Below, in pieces: positions 60,157-64,000 of a stretch of 64,000 nucleotides of DNA (position 1 is the first letter of the stretch; each line of letters opens with the position of its first letter). The DNA comes from Bilabrum cf. latius. Its lineage: Eukaryota. The notes under the pieces are model-generated. The model saw only the letters and a program-made list of their open reading frames with translations. It did no database searches and had not been told where the DNA came from. Position numbers and translations under genes: made by a program. Location of the stretch: assembly GCA_965178125.1 (NCBI GenBank), contig OZ237760.1, forward strand, positions 1 through 64,000. Reading direction: 5' to 3'.

Positions 60157-63100
60157 TCACTGCCGCCCGTCCTCATCACCTCCATCCTCGCCGGACGGTG
60201 CAGCCGCCGGGGCGCGAGCGAGGCCCTGCGGGCCCTTCCGGCGCTTGCGGTTCCGCTGCTTCTTGCTGCCGGCACCCTTTCCCCCGCCCGCGGGAGCCGG
60301 GGCCTGCTGACCAAGCGAGTCCAAGCTGTAGTCGCCCCACTCGTCGCGCAAGAGGCCCGTGTACTGGGCGCCCACGCGCCTCCCCGCCAGCTCGGCAGTC
60401 TCGCGGAGGACCTGCGCCTCGGAGGCGCCACCGGACCGGTCCACGGCGGACTCGGGGCTCTCAAAGTCGAGACCCTGGCTGATGACGCGCGCGCCAGCCT
60501 CCAGCTGCCTCTCCTCCACCTCGGCCGAGAGCGCCGCACGGCGAGCCGCCACTCTCTGGGCCTGCCTCCGCTGGCTCCGCCTGCGCCCGGCGACCCACCC
60601 CTCCGAGCCTGCCACCCTCTCGCCCGCCTGCGCCCGCAAGCCTTCCACGACCCCCCGCGCCGCGTCCAGGCCGGTCTTAGTCTCGAAGGCGGTCTCGCCC
60701 CGCACCAGCTCGTCCTGGTCGTCGAAGGCGCCATCGTGCGGTGCACCCGCCCACGCGTCCTCGGGCTCCACTGACCCCCCGTGCATGGCCGTGGGCTGCT
60801 CCTGCTCCAGCACACGAGCCGCCAGGGATCGCGCGCTGCTGGCCGCCGCCGCATCGTCCGCCGCCTCGGGGGCGCTCTTGACGCCCCTCTTCCGCAGACC
60901 AAGGCCCAGGCTCGCCCGCTCGTCCGCGTCCCCAAGCTCCGCCAGAGTGGCCTGCACCTGCCAGCCCTCGGGCTCGGGCCCCACCTCCTCCAGCATCGCC
61001 GCCCGCACAACTGGGCTCTCCTCCTTGGCCACGATTGGCAACACGCCCATCCCGTCAAGGGCGTCCTCGTCGCCCGCACGCGCCGCCTCCTCAAACCCAC
61101 GCAGCTCGGCCAGCTCCTCGTCGTCGCTTAGCCCATCCTCCTCCTCCTCCTGCTTCCCGCCGCGCGATGCCGGCTCGGCACGCAGCCCCGCCCGCCGAGC
61201 CCGCAGGCCAGTCAGCCCCGGGAGGTCCCCGGCCCGCTGCACGTCCTCGCCCACCGCCAGCTCACGATCGGCCGCCTCCCGCTCCTCCTCCAGCAGCACG
61301 CGCAGGGCGCCCTCCTGGTCCCCGCCCGCCGCCATCTCGGCCGCGAGCTTAGAGGCGCGGCCCCACCCGGCAGACGTCGTGGGGGCCCCGTCCAGCACCT
61401 GCCCGGGCTCAAGCGGCGTGTGGGCGGCCCGGCCGTGGATGGCCTCATCCGCGCCCACCCACGCCCGCTCCAGCTGGTCCACCCCTCCCCGCTGGAGCGC
61501 CTTCTCCCTCCTGGCCTGCTGCTCCTCGCGCTCCTTGGCCGACAGCAGGCCGGGTGCAAGAGCGCGTGCGGCGCTCCGTCGGAGGGAATCGGCGCGCTCC
61601 GCCGTGGAGAGGGCTCGAGCCGCCCCGGTGTACCCTGCGCCGCCGCCCTCCGCCATGACTTCCTCCACGTCTCTGTCCGGAGCCCTTAGGCCCGCCCCCC
61701 CGTCGGGCCCCTCCTCAAGCATGGCAGCCACCTCGTCAGCACTCAAGGGGGCGTCAAGGTCCTCCAGCTGGCCGCCCTGCGCGCGCAGGTGCTTGATGCC
61801 CTCCAGCTGCTCCCGCACGTCGGCCACGAACGGCCGCGCACCAATCCGCTACAGCAGCTCCTGGTCCCGCTCGAAGGCGCGCGGCGCCCTGCCAAGCTGG
61901 GCCGCTTCGCGGGCGCTGTGCCGGGCCTGCGTAGACAGGGCAGGCACGAGCGGCCCGTGCAGCGACATGTCCTGCTCGCCCGTCGAGCCGCTCAGCAGGC
62001 CGTCCATGGCGCCCAGCATCTTGCCCTGCCCCGGCCCCAGGCGAGAAGACACCTCGGTGGCGCGCCGCTCGGCCTCCCGCAGCAGCTGGGACGGCCGCTT
62101 GCCCACGGCGGCCACAGCCTGCAGCCGCAGCGGGCCCCCGAGGGTGGGCGTGTCGTCCGTGGTGCGAGCCACGCCGTCCGTCCCCAGCCCCATGCGCGTG
62201 AGCATCTCCTCGTCCAGCAGCGCGGGATCGCTGGGCAGGTTCTCGTCCACCCGGTCCAGCCACTCGGCCTCCTCCAGGTCCTTCTCGGTGAGCTGCACGT
62301 CGCCGGCGGCGGCCCCGCGGAGCCTCCTGGCCAGCGCAAGCTGCCTGGCGGCCACGACCTGCTGCCACTGCTCCCTCACCTGAGCCTCGACCTCGTCCTT
62401 GGCCTCGGCCTCTTCCAACACGGACGTGTCCACCTCGGGGGGCGGCTGTCCCCTCCGGATGCGGTCCGCGTAGTCCTCCGCCCCGCCCGCGCCTCCGAGC
62501 ATCTCCTCCCGGATGCCCGAGTCACCCGTTTGCTCGGCGAGCCCGCTGATGGCGTGCCACTCCCGCATCTGCCTAGTGGGGTCAAGCACCCAGTGGTACC
62601 TCGCGCGCACCAGGTCGCCGAGGTCGCCCTCGCCCTCACCCCGCTGCAGACGCTGCCAAGACTCCTGACGGAACTTGCGCTCCACCGCACGCTCGGCCCT
62701 CAGCTGCGGGATGTGTTCCCTGCGCCGGAGCACCAGCTCGTGGTCCGGGGCCAGAGGCCTGAGCAGCTAGTCTACCTCTTTGGCAGAAGCCCCCGGCAGC
62801 CATGCCCTAGCCTTGGCTGCAGCAGCCTCCCTATAGGCCTCAACGCCACGCTCCGAGGCGTCCGCGGGCACGCGCTCCTCAGCGTCCTTCCGCCACAGCG
62901 AGCCGCCAGAACCCAGCTGGTGCGCCGCTGCGGTGGGCCCTCCCTTCTGCATGAAATCGTCCCTGCCCATGAGACGGGCGTTAGCGCGGAACTCGGCCTG
63001 CATGGCTTCGCTGAGCGTGCGGGCCGAACCCTCGGCCACAAGCCGGTGGGTCACCTTGACCGCCACCTAGGGGTTGCTCTTGAGAGTCCGCAGCACGGAG

Positions 63101-63999
63101 CGCGCCCACGGTGTGTCCTCGGAGCGCAGTCGCTGGTGAATCTCATTAACGCTGCGGGCCTGCGGGACAGACACGCGCCACTTGTCCACGTCCGCGAATG
63201 ACTGGGTCACGCCGCGGGCCACCTGCAGCAGCGCGGGGTGCTCGGGCATCTTCAGGGCCTTGAGCAGCACCTCGGGATCGTGCACCAGGGCAGCCAGGTG
63301 CCCGTCCTGCAGGCCCTCGGCGCCCATCTCCAGCAGCTCCTCCGTAGCCTTGACGTGCCCCTCGAACGTCTCCGCCCCGGGGCCACGGAGGGCCCAGCGA
63401 ACGGGGTTTCTCGCCTCCGCCGAGCCCCCGGGGTCTACCTCGGGCTCGTCGGTGCCCGCGCCTCCCTCCCTCTGCTTCGCTCCTGCACGGCGCGCCCCCG
63501 CTCCGATGTCCGCAGGTGCAGGCGCAAAGCCCATCGCGGCCCGCTCTAGGTTTGCGTCGGAGCGGGAGGGCGTGAAGAGGTGCCCGGTGACGCGCTACAC
63601 GCCCAGCAGGGCCGCACCAGCCACAGGGTGCACGCCCATCGTGTTGGTGCCGATGCTGGCGTCGAAGCCGCGGTACCCGTGGGCACCGGCCGGCAGGGGC
63701 TCGGAGGGGTGCATGCCCAACCAGCCGCCCTCGTCAGGCCGCGCAGACGCCTTTGTGGACTCGAGCCCGAACAGAGTGGCGCTCGGGCCCCGCACCAGAG
63801 GTTTCTTTGCCCCCGACTGGCTCGTGCTGTACCAACCAGCGTCGAGGAGCAAGGGTGCCCTCCGGTTGTGCAGCGCGTCCAGAGCGTCCGCATACGCCCT
63901 CGCACGGGACCTCCGGGCCTCGTCGTGGACGTGGAGCTCGGGGTCCGTGTCCATGGCCGTGCTCAGCTGCGCGGCAGCCGGCATGTCCGCTGGAGCCTT
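60157..63999 (-). CDS. 5'-truncated large protein containing a 3-hydroxyisobutyryl-CoA hydrolase (ECH_2)-like C-terminal subdomain and a long acidic/Ala-rich extension
   Basis: One frame across ORFs 63595-63984, 63067-63534, 62767-63066, 61849-62733 and 60157-61827, joined by 4 TAG. SVNEIHQRL..EDTPWARSVLRTLKSNP*VAVKVTHRLVAEG..RTLSEAMQAEFR...DDF resembles HIBCH. TGA stop; the start lies outside the window. Confidence 0.7.
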
Positions 64000-64000
64000 C

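Noticed and set aside
3499-63999. Cluster of subtelomeric pseudogenes with premature stops
   Set aside because: All interruptions are TAG, with no TAA, TGA or frameshifts. Catalytic motifs are intact and the affected genes include conserved ones such as NNT, COQ2 and CHD. Random decay would not give this pattern.
1-64000. tRNA (including a suppressor tRNA-CUA), rRNA, transposase, reverse transcriptase or endogenous virophage genes
   Set aside because: None was recognisable by eye. The intergenic gaps are short and no AT-rich inserted element is present. A tRNAscan-SE or Infernal run would be needed to exclude small RNAs.

Overview
This is the left end of a GC-rich eukaryotic (protist) chromosome. 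Bases 1-3162 are a (CCCTAA)n telomere interrupted three times by copies of one cassette (155-bp tandem repeats plus a 59-bp linker), each truncated at a different distal point. A 4x53-bp minisatellite follows, then about 18 densely packed, intron-poor genes, many arranged head-to-head. The main result is a non-standard nuclear genetic code. About 110 in-frame TAG codons (manual count) sit inside 15 of the 18 genes, including at conserved Gln positions (NNT 'SRA*TFDALSS', SLC26 'DSN*EL') and in a TAG-TAG-CAG-CAG-CAG run. Every gene ends in TGA (15) or TAA (3), so UAG appears to encode Gln while UAA and UGA remain stops. The fragmented ORF track is an artefact of translating with the standard code. 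The PSTALRE-type CDK, TTAGGG telomere and Ala/Gly-inflated proteins suggest a stramenopile, possibly bicosoecid-like (inference). All gene models below were read by hand with TAG=Gln, and all homology calls are from remembered motifs, not database searches.
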